Shown here piece after piece: positions 42,708-53,365 of a stretch of DNA of 64,000 nt. Within the stretch, counting starts at the first letter, position 1. Each line of letters opens with the position of its first letter. Origin of the DNA: Alphaproteobacteria bacterium (GTDB lineage: Bacteria; Pseudomonadota; Alphaproteobacteria; JAGOMX01); contig JBGSQK010000063.1 in NCBI GenBank assembly GCA_041738135.1, positions 2,319 to 66,318 of the forward strand, given 5' to 3'. A program made the position numbers and the translations under genes. A model generated the notes under the pieces. It was not told the origin of the DNA. It saw only the letters and a list, made by a program, of their open reading frames with translations, and did no database searches.

Positions 42708-43712
42708 CTACATTACCAACACCCCAGCCCCCTTAAAGTAGTCATACTTGAGAGCACAAAGCGCCTCGTTGGCTTCGCTTAGGGGAAACGTGGTTACATG
42801 AGCTTTTATGCCGATTTTAGCTGCATGTTCCAGAAAACGGATGCCGTCTTGGCGGGTATTGTTAGTGACGCTTTTGATGAGTCTCTCGCCATAGAGGATG
42901 TCATAGGAAAAGCTGGGGACGGGACTCATGTGGATGCCGGCTAATATGAGGCGGCCGTCTTTGTCTAGTGCTTCTAAGGCTGGTGGGATTATGTCTCCAG
43001 CAGGTGCGAATACAACGGATGCGTCTAAAAGGGTAGGGGGCTGCTCGACTATGCCACCAACCCAGGTGGCGCCTAGGTTTTCGGCTAAGGTTCGGTGTTC
43101 TTTTTCGCGGGTGCACACATATACATCTGCGCCCCAGGCTCGTAATAGTTGGATCGCGATGTGGCCTGCGGCGCCGAAGCCATAGATACCAATGCGTCTG
43201 CCTGACCAATCGGGTATGTTCATCATGCGCAAGGACCGGTAGCCTATGATACCGCCGCATAATAAGGGGGCTGCCTGAATATCCGAAAAGCCGTCAGGGA
43301 GTTTATATAAAAACTGGGAGGCAGCAGTCATATATTCAGCATACCCTCCCTGGGCTGTCCAGCCTGAAAAGACAGCTTTATCGCAAAGATTTTCACGGCC
43401 ACTGGTACAGAATTTGCAGATGCCGCAGGTGGCTTCAAGCCAAGCTACTCCTAAGCGTTCGCCTTTATTGAAACCCTGAACGTCTTTTCCGCATTGAACC
43501 ACCTCGCCCACCACTTGGTGTCCGGGTATGGTGGGTGTCATCTTGAGGGGGAGGTCTCCTTCAATCACATGCAAGTCCGTGCGACATATGCCGCAGGCTT
43601 TGACCTTTATTAACACCTGCCCAGCAGTGGGGACCGGGACGTTTGTATCTTCAAATTTCAGAGGATGATTTTTAATGTCATCCTGCCCATAAAGCATATG
43701 TGCTTTCATCAT
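42708..43712 (-). CDS. Zinc-dependent alcohol dehydrogenase-family protein
   Basis: CGICRTDLH, PGHQVVG, structural-zinc Cys cluster, YGFGAAG. Confidence 0.92.
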   Translation of the reverse strand: MMKAHMLYGQDDIKNHPLKFEDTNVPVPTAGQVLIKVKACGICRTDLHVIEGDLPLKMTPTIPGHQVVGEVVQCGKDVQGFNKGERLGVAWLEATCGICKFCTSGRENLCDKAVFSGWTAQGGYAEYMTAASQFLYKLPDGFSDIQAAPLLCGGIIGYRSLRMMNIPDWSGRRIGIYGFGAAGHIAIQLLRAWGADVYVCTREKEHRTLAENLGATWVGGIVEQPPTLLDASVVFAPAGDIIPPALEALDKDGRLILAGIHMSPVPSFSYDILYGERLIKSVTNNTRQDGIRFLEHAAKIGIKAHVTTFPLSEANEALCALKYDYFKGAGVLVM

Positions 43713-43857
43713 TCAGTTTCGCTCCGGTATGCGCTTTGAGCATAGTGTTTATGCCGAATTAACGTGTTTAAAAGATGGACAATTCAGCATATCCACTCTA
43801 TATGTGTATTATAGCCATAGAAGGTTATGGTTATACTAAGATAGAAAGGTTAGTATT

Positions 43858-44520
43858 ATGTTAAAGAAATTAGTACTCGTAGCAGGAATCTCGGCGATAG
43901 CGATGGCTCCGGTCTCAGCTGCTGAAGATTTTGAAGATTTAGGTGGTTTGGTGCCGCGCTCCGTAGCTGCTCAATTACAGCCTTTGGAAGTTGTTGAACT
44001 GGAGGTTGTCCGCCCAACTGCTGGTCAAATGGCTTATAAAGCCTATGACGGTGGTAAGGATCTGGCATTTGGCGCATATAGTGTTGCTAAGGCTGGTGGA
44101 CGTTTGACAAAGAACGTTGTTCAAGCTGGCACAGCTGTAGCGGAGGCCCTTGCGGCTGCCGGTCAAGCGGTAACAGGAATTGTAAAACTTCCTGCAGGCG
44201 GTTTTGAAGAAGCCAATCCAAACTTTGCAAAAGCAAAAGTACATGGCGCAGAAGTTGTGACGAAGCTTAAGGCTGTTGTTGCAGATGCACCAAAGAACTT
44301 CGCAGATGTGAAGGATGGCTTGGTTCAAGGTTATGAAGGCGTCAAGAAATTTGGCGTTTCATGCTATGAAGCCGGTCGTGCAGTTGCTGAAAGCAGCCCT
44401 GCACAGACAGCATTTGCTGCTGTTAAAGCGGCTGGAACTAAGGTTGGTTCTTTCTTTGGGGATGTTTACTCCTTTGTAAGACATGGCTTTGGTCCTACAT
44501 TTGAAAACGTTAAATTCTAG
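43858..44520 (+). CDS. Hypothetical secreted Ala/Gly/Val-rich amphipathic protein
   Basis: Signal peptide; SD AAGG; own terminator. Confidence 0.78.
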   Translation: MLKKLVLVAGISAIAMAPVSAAEDFEDLGGLVPRSVAAQLQPLEVVELEVVRPTAGQMAYKAYDGGKDLAFGAYSVAKAGGRLTKNVVQAGTAVAEALAAAGQAVTGIVKLPAGGFEEANPNFAKAKVHGAEVVTKLKAVVADAPKNFADVKDGLVQGYEGVKKFGVSCYEAGRAVAESSPAQTAFAAVKAAGTKVGSFFGDVYSFVRHGFGPTFENVKF

Positions 44521-44536
44521 AGGAATTTAACTAAAG

Positions 44537-44571
44537 AAAAGCCCCCTGGAGAGATTCAGGGGGCTTTTTTT
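44537..44571 (+). terminator. Intrinsic terminator
   Basis: aaaagccccctgga/ttcagggggcttttttt. Confidence 0.88.
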
Positions 44572-44631
44572 GTACCAAACTGATTTTTCGCTTGATTTTA
44601 CCCCCGAAGCTGACTAAATTCGAACGATCCT

Positions 44632-44707
<76 letters not shown>

Positions 44708-44847
44708 TATATTTTATCTATTCAATGATTAAGTCAAATCACTATAAACCCATGGATTCTTAACGGTTTGTAAACTAATTCGCGCCATAATTTACTTATG
44801 GATCATAGGATTTTGAGCTTTAAATAACTCATCCATGGAGAAAGTAA

Positions 44848-46137
44848 ATGATCAATGCGAATGCGCAGAAGATATCCATTTCTACTGAGCGGTTGACGGC
44901 CAGTCCTGAAGAAGTAGGAATTTGCTCTTCGCGGCTTGAGCGTATTAATGATCTGACATCATCCTACATTAATCAAGGTAAACTGGTAGGTACCATTTCG
45001 GCGGTTTCTCGACGTAATCAGTTAGTGCATATTCAGTGCTCAGGGCAGATGGATCTGGAAACTGGAAGGCCTATGCAAGAGGATGCCATATTTCGCATTT
45101 ATTCCATGACAAAACCGGTAACGAGCATTGCGCTCATGATCCTTTATGAGCGAGGTCATTTTCAATTAGATACGCCCATATCCAACTTCATACCAGAATT
45201 TAAAAATCCACTGGTTTTTGTTGGCGGGACAGTCGATGAACCAATTACCGAAAATGCCAAACGGGAGATCACTATTCGAGATCTTTTGACACAGACATCT
45301 GGTCTAACTTACGGTTTGTTTTCGGCGACACCTGTGGATCAAATGTATGCTAGAGCTGGCATCAATGTGGAGCATAACGAGGACACGGTGGGAGATTTGG
45401 TGAGGCGTGTGGCTAAGATTCCTTTGCTATTTTCCCCTGGGACCCAGTGGTGTTATAGTGTGGCCACTGACGTATTGGGTCACCTTATTGAAATCATTAC
45501 AGGTCAACCACTGGACAAGTTCTTCCAAAAAGAAATCTTTGATCCGTTGGGTATGGTGGATACGAGCTTTTATGTCCCTGTTAGCAAGCAAGATCGTTTT
45601 ACCACAAACTATTTGGACAGAAGTGCCATGCCACCTGAGCAGGCTGAGGAACATCCGGACCAACAACTGTTTCTCATGGATGATCCGCGCACTGGATATT
45701 ATTCCAAGCCTCCCAAAAAGTTGATGGGTGGGGGTGGGCTTGTATCGACGGTGAGCGACTACATGAAGTTTGCCAGCATGCTTTTCAACAAAGGACGCTC
45801 CGGTAATGCCCAATTGGTGAGCCCGAAAACCATTGAGCTCATGACAAGCAACCACTTGAACGGCGACTTAAAAAGCATGTGTTTTCCTGGCGGAAGTGGT
45901 TTTGATCTACCTGGCATTGGTTTTGGTTTGGGTTTTGGTGTGATGCTTGATCCGGCAAAAGCCAATAACTTAGGAACTCCGGGTGAATTCTATTGGGGTG
46001 GGGCGGCACATACAACATTCTTCGTTGATCCAAAAGAAGAGTTGGTTGCCATGATGTTTACGCAAGTCTTTCCGCCCATGTTGTATGACACAGACTTGGA
46101 ATTTAAGAGGGCTGTATATCAAGCTATCATTGATTAG
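44848..46137 (+). CDS. Serine hydrolase, beta-lactamase class C-like family (copy 1)
   Basis: FRIYSMTK (SxxK), LLTQTSGL, FSPGTQWCYS, WGGAA. Confidence 0.92.
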   Translation: MINANAQKISISTERLTASPEEVGICSSRLERINDLTSSYINQGKLVGTISAVSRRNQLVHIQCSGQMDLETGRPMQEDAIFRIYSMTKPVTSIALMILYERGHFQLDTPISNFIPEFKNPLVFVGGTVDEPITENAKREITIRDLLTQTSGLTYGLFSATPVDQMYARAGINVEHNEDTVGDLVRRVAKIPLLFSPGTQWCYSVATDVLGHLIEIITGQPLDKFFQKEIFDPLGMVDTSFYVPVSKQDRFTTNYLDRSAMPPEQAEEHPDQQLFLMDDPRTGYYSKPPKKLMGGGGLVSTVSDYMKFASMLFNKGRSGNAQLVSPKTIELMTSNHLNGDLKSMCFPGGSGFDLPGIGFGLGFGVMLDPAKANNLGTPGEFYWGGAAHTTFFVDPKEELVAMMFTQVFPPMLYDTDLEFKRAVYQAIID

Positions 46138-46143
46138 GGGATT

Positions 46144-47445
46144 GTGATGGATATTATTAAGGCTGAAAAAGTTGGTATGAGTAGCGAGCGATTAAATCGT
46201 ATAAATGAGCTAACGGATTCATACATTCAACAAGGAAAACTTGCGGGCACCGTTACGATGCTGGCGAGAAAAGGTGAGGTTGCTCATCTTCGGGCTTCTG
46301 GTCAGATGAGTACGGAAACGGGCGAGTCCATGAAGGAAGACTCTATCTTTCGCATCTATTCCATGACCAAGCCTGTTACATCTGTTGCCATTATGATCCT
46401 TTATGAGCGTGGGTATTTTCAACTGGATACACCGGTGTCTAAATTCATACCAGAATTTAAAGACCTGCAGGTCTTTGATGGGGGTACCATTGATGACTAC
46501 AAAACCGTAAAGCCTCAGCGCGAAATGAATATGGCTGATTTATTGAAACATACATCGGGGCTTACCTATAGTATCCTGGTTGCATCAGTCGTGGATCGGC
46601 TTTATGTAAAGAATAATATTATGCCGGCCGTTGTTCCTGGACTTAGTTTGGAAGGCATGGTCAAACAGTTATCTCAAATGCCATTGCTGTTTTCCCCCGG
46701 TACAGCCTGGAATTACAGTGTTTCCACTGATGTACTGGGATATATCGTAGAAGTTATTTCAGGAAAAACACTAGCTGAATTTTTCAAAGAGGAAATTTTT
46801 GATCCCCTAGGTATGGATGACACCGGATTTCAAATTTCTCCTGATAAAATTAATCGCTTTACATCCAATTATATCCATCGACTGGCCGTACCAAGCTTAA
46901 TGCCTAATGCTGATTTGGATTCATTGCCGGATAAAGCAATTTTTCTTATGGATGATGCTCAAAAAAGCGCCTACGCGAAGCCACCATCACTTTATAGTGG
47001 AGGCGGTGGCTTGATTTCTACAGCTGCGGATTATTATAAGTTTTTAAAAATGTTGCTCGATCAAGGTCGCGTCGGTAAGGATTTCATACTTAGCCCCAAA
47101 ACGGTTCAGCTGATGAAAATGAATCATCTGCCAGGCGATATGAAGTCATTTCTGGCGACTCAGCATGTATCTAATAATAAGGTGGTCGGAGAAATTTCAC
47201 CTGAAGGAAGTGGTTTCGGTTTGGGATTTAGCGTACTTATAGATCAGGCGAAAGCGGGATACACAGGATCTGTTGGAATATATTCATGGGGTGGAGCTGC
47301 GAGCACGTTTTTCTTCATTGATCCTAAAGAAGAGTTGGTGGCCATATTTTTAACGCAATTTATGCCATCGTCCATTTATCCTATCAGGAACCAGTTCAGA
47401 ACCGCTGTATATCAGTCCATCATTGAATCAGAAGTTGAATCATGA
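46144..47445 (+). CDS. Serine hydrolase, beta-lactamase class C-like family (copy 2)
   Basis: FRIYSMTK, LLKHTSGL, FSPGTAWNYS, WGGAAST; paralog of copy 1. Confidence 0.92.
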   Translation: MMDIIKAEKVGMSSERLNRINELTDSYIQQGKLAGTVTMLARKGEVAHLRASGQMSTETGESMKEDSIFRIYSMTKPVTSVAIMILYERGYFQLDTPVSKFIPEFKDLQVFDGGTIDDYKTVKPQREMNMADLLKHTSGLTYSILVASVVDRLYVKNNIMPAVVPGLSLEGMVKQLSQMPLLFSPGTAWNYSVSTDVLGYIVEVISGKTLAEFFKEEIFDPLGMDDTGFQISPDKINRFTSNYIHRLAVPSLMPNADLDSLPDKAIFLMDDAQKSAYAKPPSLYSGGGGLISTAADYYKFLKMLLDQGRVGKDFILSPKTVQLMKMNHLPGDMKSFLATQHVSNNKVVGEISPEGSGFGLGFSVLIDQAKAGYTGSVGIYSWGGAASTFFFIDPKEELVAIFLTQFMPSSIYPIRNQFRTAVYQSIIESEVES

Positions 47446-47833
47446 TTGCGTCAACACCAGAAGATGTGGGGCGTGAGCTCAAAACGCCTTCAGCGAATCA
47501 ATAAATACATGCTCAGTCCTAAAACAGTTCAGTTGATGACCATGAATCATCTGCAAGGTGATATGTATAGTTTATGTGTACCCGGTACACTCCCTATGAT
47601 GCCGCGAGGGATTGGTGTGGGGTATACATTCGCTGTCATGGTAGATCCTGTTAAAACAGGAGGCCTTGGAACAAAAAGGCTCGTTCAATTGGGGTGGAGC
47701 TGCTAGTACTTTGTACACGGTGGATTCCAAAGAAGAAATGATCGCTATTTATATGACTCAGGTTTTTCCGGATGTGACGGGACGGGAGTATGGCGTGTTT
47801 ATGAATGCGGTGTATCAGTCACTGATTGATTAA
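47442..47833 (+). pseudogene. Decayed third serine hydrolase copy
   Basis: ATGA overlap with copy 2; MIASTPEDVG / frameshift in G tract / VSSKRLQRINKY joined directly to MLSPKTVQLM (catalytic core deleted) / frameshift in A tract / GSFNWGGAAST...AVYQSLID*. Confidence 0.85.
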
Positions 47834-47843
47834 AGCCGGACGA

Positions 47844-49433
47844 TTACGAAACCATCGACAATTTGGGATTGCTCACTTTGCTGGTAACCGGTTCGTCGGT
47901 GTTTACATGTCGTTCTTCGTTTTCTATAGACTTGGCTTCCGCTTCCATAGTCATGCTTGTATATTCCCGATTCAGTTGAGTCACGGCCCAAACCCAAAGC
48001 ACTAATGTTGCCATGACTGCGACAAATATGAGGGGGACTACGCTCATAAGGTCACTGGCTGCGGTTGCAATCAGGATGACGCTCATGAAATAACCACCGC
48101 TAGCTTTGCTGAACAAATGACCTGTCACATCAACGGCCGCTTTTCCTTTACTGCGCAATACAGGGTCGAGAGGGATATAGGACATTTCTTTGGATGGGTC
48201 GAAGAGTGAGTATTTGCAGCTTTTGCTCATGAACTGTTGGAAGGTGCTTATCCAGACGGCTACCAATAACGGTGTGGCGCCATAAAGGGCCATGAATGGC
48301 GTTAGGGCGTCCTTGTAGAAGATAAAGGTGAAGAACAGCACGGATGTAATTAATATGGCCATTGGAGTAATTATTGCCCCTCGGAACCAACCGAATTTGG
48401 CTACAACACCCTTGAAGAAGAACAGGATCGTAACCGTAATGATACCGGTTGCCATGTAGAAGTTGCCCATGAAGTTGGCGTAGTCAATGGCTTCTGGGTA
48501 TTGGAGCTCTACTTGGTTTTTCCACATCAATCCCATTAAATTCATGGAAAAGGCATAGCCGAAAACCAGGAGTGCAATCAGCCCAATGTATTTGGATTTG
48601 AACACATGCTTAAAGCTCTCCATCACGCCCATCTTTACTTTGGGAGCAGCGGCCTTGGATTCATGTTTTTCGGGCATGAAACTGGGATTGGTGACGATGT
48701 TTTTCTGCATCCACCAGTACAGACCCATCATGGCAAATCCACAGATATTTACGACGATAACCGTTAGTTTTAAATACTGCGACCATGATGCCAGATTCGT
48801 AATACCATTTTCTTGCTCTGCGACGCTGAGTCCACAAAAGAAAGTGGCCAGGAAACCGGCAAAAATAAGGGCAAAATGCCCGAGGAAGGCAAACATGCCA
48901 TAAAAGCGTTTAGCTTCTGTGGTGCTGGTAATTTCATTGGCAAACTGCCAGAAAAGCAGGCCCAAAGCAATGGCGCCCCAAGACTCAGCAAACAGGTAAA
49001 AAGATGCGTAAGACCAAGATCCATAGAGCGATATCAAGTGCTGAAAGTGCGGGTGTGCAAGCTTCATAGCTTCAATGGACGCAGGATCTGGGTGTAAAAA
49101 TTCGCGATTTGGGTAGATGAAAATAGCAAAAAGGGAGAAGAATATAAGGAAAGAAGAAATAATGCCGTAGAACAAGGATTGTTGTGAATATCTGTTGAGT
49201 AACTTGGAATAACCAGCCACAAATAAGATGGATAGGGGGAGAATGATCCAGCCTTTTAAGAAAGGGATAACTTCCGCGCCACAGCCGGTGATGACCAAAG
49301 AATCTTTTGCTGTTCGTAAGGTCGTGTAATTAAACAGGACGCAGAACATCATCATCCCCATGGGAAGAAACTTTGGCATTTCATGCCCGTGAATGGGCCA
49401 TAAAAAGGCCCTTAGTTTGGAAAAGTTATTCAT
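47844..49433 (-). CDS. Npt/TLC-family nucleotide transporter
   Basis: WPIHGHEMPKFLP, FWQFANEI, EAKRFY, KYSLFD, EMSYIPL, KGKAAVDV. Confidence 0.93.
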   Translation of the reverse strand: MNNFSKLRAFLWPIHGHEMPKFLPMGMMMFCVLFNYTTLRTAKDSLVITGCGAEVIPFLKGWIILPLSILFVAGYSKLLNRYSQQSLFYGIISSFLIFFSLFAIFIYPNREFLHPDPASIEAMKLAHPHFQHLISLYGSWSYASFYLFAESWGAIALGLLFWQFANEITSTTEAKRFYGMFAFLGHFALIFAGFLATFFCGLSVAEQENGITNLASWSQYLKLTVIVVNICGFAMMGLYWWMQKNIVTNPSFMPEKHESKAAAPKVKMGVMESFKHVFKSKYIGLIALLVFGYAFSMNLMGLMWKNQVELQYPEAIDYANFMGNFYMATGIITVTILFFFKGVVAKFGWFRGAIITPMAILITSVLFFTFIFYKDALTPFMALYGATPLLVAVWISTFQQFMSKSCKYSLFDPSKEMSYIPLDPVLRSKGKAAVDVTGHLFSKASGGYFMSVILIATAASDLMSVVPLIFVAVMATLVLWVWAVTQLNREYTSMTMEAEAKSIENEERHVNTDEPVTSKVSNPKLSMVS

Positions 49434-49687
49434 ATTTCAGCCACACACCCTAGACTCTCATACTATGACATAAAACCTGGTATCACGACATACCCCGTTA
49501 AGGAAAAAGAGATGCATGATATCAAACACATATTTTGGCCGTCCATTACATCGTTGTATTCCCTAACTTAGTATTCCAACTACATCTTATGTAATGTCTT
49601 TATGCCAAAAAAGCAAGTTTTCATTTTAAAAGTTTTAAGCATAACTATAGGATATGAGTTTCATGCTTATTTGTTATAAAAATATTT

Positions 49688-52471
49688 TTATTCAGCTTTA
49701 TCTGTAGGCTTTTGCTCGGGCATAGGTTGGTATGTCAAAACCATCCGTTGGCCATTGGCGCCGAGAAATTGTATCTGCCCCCCTAGTAATTGTTGGATGT
49801 ATGCATCAGCTGCTTGTATCCTTGTGGTAAGCATAGTTGCATGGTTGCTCAGCGAGCGAATTGTCATGTCTTTACTTGCCAGCTCTTCCTTCAATTGCGT
49901 CAGTTGATGGGGTGCTTCGTCCGTTTTCTTTTGTGACTCAGTTGTATACTGTTGGCTAAGTTCCAATTGTCTAGCCTTTTCTAAATCTTCTTTATTTGCT
50001 CGGATCTCGTTTTCTAATTCTGCAATTTTCTTTTTGTAAAACACCTTAAGATCTGTCAGCATTTGACGTGAGGTTGCCAGTTGTTCCTCTATCACCTCTC
50101 GTTCAACTTGTTGAGTTTGTAATTCCTCGCAAGCCTTTGTCAGGTCTTGCTTTAGTTCCATCGTTGTGTTCTGGGTGCTCAGGCATTTTTCAACAAGCTT
50201 CTTATTTTCTTCCAAACTTTGCATATGCTCTTGTTTATGGCTTTCTGAGGTACTACGCAGATTGGAAAGTTTTTTTGTTAGCTTTTCTATTCTATTCTTT
50301 AGCTTGTCAGACTCATTTTTTGCTTCCAGACGAGTTGATTCTATGTTTTTGCTGTGCTCATTAATTTGTTTTTCTTGTTGAGTTGTTAGAGCTTTTTCTT
50401 CTTTTAATTTACCCGCAAACAATTGGTTGGCAGATTGAAGACTTGTAACTTTTTTTTCCAAATCATCTCTTTGTAATGTCAAGTCGCTCGTCATGTCATG
50501 TATGAGATCACGCAACACTGTAACCGGGAGCATATGCTTTTTTGTCTCACATACAGCAGGAAAGTAATAAACCCTTTTTTCTAATCTTGGATCATAATAG
50601 GCTGGGAAATTAGTCGATGTGGCTGTTTTGAAGCACTGACCAGCTATAATCAAATATTTATGATAGTTTTCTACGGACGAGTCATATCCAACTGGCTTTG
50701 CTATTAAGTCAAGTCTAGGTATCATTACCTCTAGTTGGTCTTGATCAAATAGATCGTCAGAAATTCTTTTGAGTGCTCCATGCTTGCCTTTGAAAAATAG
50801 ATTCTGTAACAAAAGTTCTTGGTAGCATAATGCGAAATCTTCAAACATGATGTTGTAATTATCCCGAGCCCATTTGTAACCTAGCTGTTGTGTCATTACC
50901 GTCGATGTTAGTTTAGGAATGTGTGGAAGCAGTGACTGAAGCATTTGCAATGCATAGGTATTGCATATCATGCGTTCTCGTAGTGCGAGAAGCAGAGCTT
51001 CGCCATTACCATATTCTCCAAAGAGTTTTCTAAGATTCTCCGTTAGGTTTTCTCTCGTGGAAAAGAAGATCGTATTTTGAATAAGTGGCATGTATTCTGC
51101 CTGCGTTTCGGTGGATTCAGATGTATACTTGTGTGTGGCAGTTGTAGGAATTGTGTTACCACGTTTTTTCAGGACGATATTATAGTTTAAATGGCTTCCT
51201 AGTTCTAACGTGATGCCGGCCTCATTTAGGAGGGTTGTGGCAAGTTGCTTTTTAGCTTGAACGAAACGGTCGGTGAACCCCACAAGTTGACTTATGAGCG
51301 CTTCTGTATCTATTGGCTCATGAGAGTCTACGTCTGTTATGTTTGTGATGGCTTGAGCGATGGGTAAATTTTCCACCATATATGGAGTTGATGGCTGTTG
51401 CTCTTTTTGAGTAACAGGCGCCGCCTCTTTTATGGGCTCAGCAGTTGCGAGGGGGGCTGGTTCAGGAGTAGCAGCTTTTTTTTGCCGAGCAGCTAATTTA
51501 CTTCTAAGCTTTTCTTTTGTTCTACTTGGTTGCCGTCCGGGTGTCATCGTTTTAATAACGTACGTAGTGGGTTGCGTGTTTGCAGCCTCCGAAGGGGTAT
51601 TCCCTTTCATTACTTTTTGGTCAAATCTGTGGCTCAGTGTCATTTTTCTGAACTCAGGATCGACAGCTTCTGCTAGTTTTATCATGTAAGTTGCCCGCTC
51701 TAACGCTATACGGGTTTTTAATTTTTGATCCGCGTTTTCTTCATCAAGTGTTGTGAACTCTATTTTTTCATGATCATTAATAAGTTCAAAATGCAATGAT
51801 TTAAGCTTTGACGATTTTTTCCTAGGGACTGCTACATGTTCGAGCCAAGTTTTGAAATAATCATACTTAGTTACCTGAGATTTTAATAAAAAGAAACCTA
51901 TGGCTTCGCAAGCCAGACTTGTTTCTTCTTTGGTAGCATCGATGGCCTCTAACATGGATTTTGTAGACAGTAATTTATAGTCACGGATTTCTACAGATTT
52001 ATTGAGCATCTGGTTCAGATAGGTTTCAAGTAGTGTACTCGTTATAAGGTTTTGGAAAGAGGTGGCAAGATCATATCTGGTTAAGTCAAAGTCTTTAATG
52101 AGTTTTTCTATGCTAGCGCGTGTTTCTTCCCTATTGCTAGCATAGTTTAATGTGACTAGGTCAGGGCTGTTTTCAAAGCTAACGCGAACCTTTAAACAAG
52201 AAGCTTTCCATGCCTCAGGGGTTTGTTCGATTCCTTTTTTTCGAAGACATTGCATAACAAAGTTGCTTTTTTCCTCTCCCAGGCAATCCAGAAGATTAAA
52301 AAAGGTAACGTGAACTTGCTCATCCGTTAAATGTTCAAAGTTCTTATAGAATTCTTGATGACGGGGTATCAATGGTGTTGCAGTTTTATTATTTTCTTCA
52401 TAAGAAACCGAGCTTAGGGCCACGTTTACAAATGCTAAGTTAATGAAAATTGACAGGAATGTTTTCTTCAT
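49688..52471 (-). CDS. Large hypothetical secreted protein with a C-terminal coiled coil
   Basis: 927-aa ORF, signal peptide (ALS|SV), ~230-aa heptad-rich tail. Confidence 0.78.
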   Translation of the reverse strand: MKKTFLSIFINLAFVNVALSSVSYEENNKTATPLIPRHQEFYKNFEHLTDEQVHVTFFNLLDCLGEEKSNFVMQCLRKKGIEQTPEAWKASCLKVRVSFENSPDLVTLNYASNREETRASIEKLIKDFDLTRYDLATSFQNLITSTLLETYLNQMLNKSVEIRDYKLLSTKSMLEAIDATKEETSLACEAIGFFLLKSQVTKYDYFKTWLEHVAVPRKKSSKLKSLHFELINDHEKIEFTTLDEENADQKLKTRIALERATYMIKLAEAVDPEFRKMTLSHRFDQKVMKGNTPSEAANTQPTTYVIKTMTPGRQPSRTKEKLRSKLAARQKKAATPEPAPLATAEPIKEAAPVTQKEQQPSTPYMVENLPIAQAITNITDVDSHEPIDTEALISQLVGFTDRFVQAKKQLATTLLNEAGITLELGSHLNYNIVLKKRGNTIPTTATHKYTSESTETQAEYMPLIQNTIFFSTRENLTENLRKLFGEYGNGEALLLALRERMICNTYALQMLQSLLPHIPKLTSTVMTQQLGYKWARDNYNIMFEDFALCYQELLLQNLFFKGKHGALKRISDDLFDQDQLEVMIPRLDLIAKPVGYDSSVENYHKYLIIAGQCFKTATSTNFPAYYDPRLEKRVYYFPAVCETKKHMLPVTVLRDLIHDMTSDLTLQRDDLEKKVTSLQSANQLFAGKLKEEKALTTQQEKQINEHSKNIESTRLEAKNESDKLKNRIEKLTKKLSNLRSTSESHKQEHMQSLEENKKLVEKCLSTQNTTMELKQDLTKACEELQTQQVEREVIEEQLATSRQMLTDLKVFYKKKIAELENEIRANKEDLEKARQLELSQQYTTESQKKTDEAPHQLTQLKEELASKDMTIRSLSNHATMLTTRIQAADAYIQQLLGGQIQFLGANGQRMVLTYQPMPEQKPTDKAE

Positions 52472-52666
52472 ACCATTATCCTTATAAATTCAATATGGAC
52501 GGCAGTATGATATAAACGCCTTATTATGTGAAGTTTTTTTTTGTTTGAACTAGATTCTTAGGCTATTCCTAGCAAACAGTTCATTCTAGCTTTTTTTTCA
52601 CTTTTGTCATATGATGCATGCAGAATATAGATGTTATATTTAACAGTTAACCATAAGGTATATTGT

Positions 52667-53365
52667 ATGTCTCAAGATCGAGCCCATTTATTGGTGGTGG
52701 ATGACGATAGTCGTCTGCGGGAATTATTGCGCAAATATCTTTCCGATAATGAATTTATAGTGACTTTGGCTAAGGATGCTGAGGAGGCTCGACTTCGGCT
52801 CGGTGAGAGTGCTTTTGATTTAGTGGTATTGGACGTGATGATGCCTGGGGAATCCGGGTTTGAGTTGACGCGGTCTATTCGCGATGATCCATACCATCCG
52901 GCACATCATATGCCCATCTTGCTTCTCACAGCCATGGCTGAATCTGATAATCGTATAGAGGGGCTGGAGTCGGGAGCAGATGATTATTTAGCCAAACCAT
53001 TTGAGCCCAAAGAACTGGTGCTGCGAATTCAGAAGATAATAAAGCGTGCTCAGCAACCCTTAAAAGCCTCTAAGATTGTCAATCTGGGTGAGTATACTTT
53101 TGATGTGGAGCGGGCGGAACTGATGCATAAATCGCAGACCGTCGGCATTACCACCGCAGAGGCAAATCTGTTGAAGATTCTGGCCTTGAGTCCGGGACGC
53201 ACATATTCTCGTGACGATCTTGCTGCCCGTACCGGCGTAACTTTGAGTCCGCGAACAATCGATGTGCAAGTGACTAGATTGCGTCGACGTATTGAACCAG
53301 ATCCCCGTTTACCCACATTTATTAAAACAGTTCGTCATAAAGGGTATGTGCTGTGGCCTGGATGA
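52667..53365 (+). CDS. OmpR-family response regulator
   Basis: LVVDDD, LDVMMPG, GADDYLAKPF, RTIDVQVTRLRR; start MSQDR with SD AAGGT. Confidence 0.95.
   Translation: MSQDRAHLLVVDDDSRLRELLRKYLSDNEFIVTLAKDAEEARLRLGESAFDLVVLDVMMPGESGFELTRSIRDDPYHPAHHMPILLLTAMAESDNRIEGLESGADDYLAKPFEPKELVLRIQKIIKRAQQPLKASKIVNLGEYTFDVERAELMHKSQTVGITTAEANLLKILALSPGRTYSRDDLAARTGVTLSPRTIDVQVTRLRRRIEPDPRLPTFIKTVRHKGYVLWPG

Noticed and set aside
49434-49600. Possible structured leader or small hydrophobic ORF upstream of npt
   Set aside because: Only short inverted repeats (cattacat/atgtaatg) and a weak SD; no match to a riboswitch I recognise
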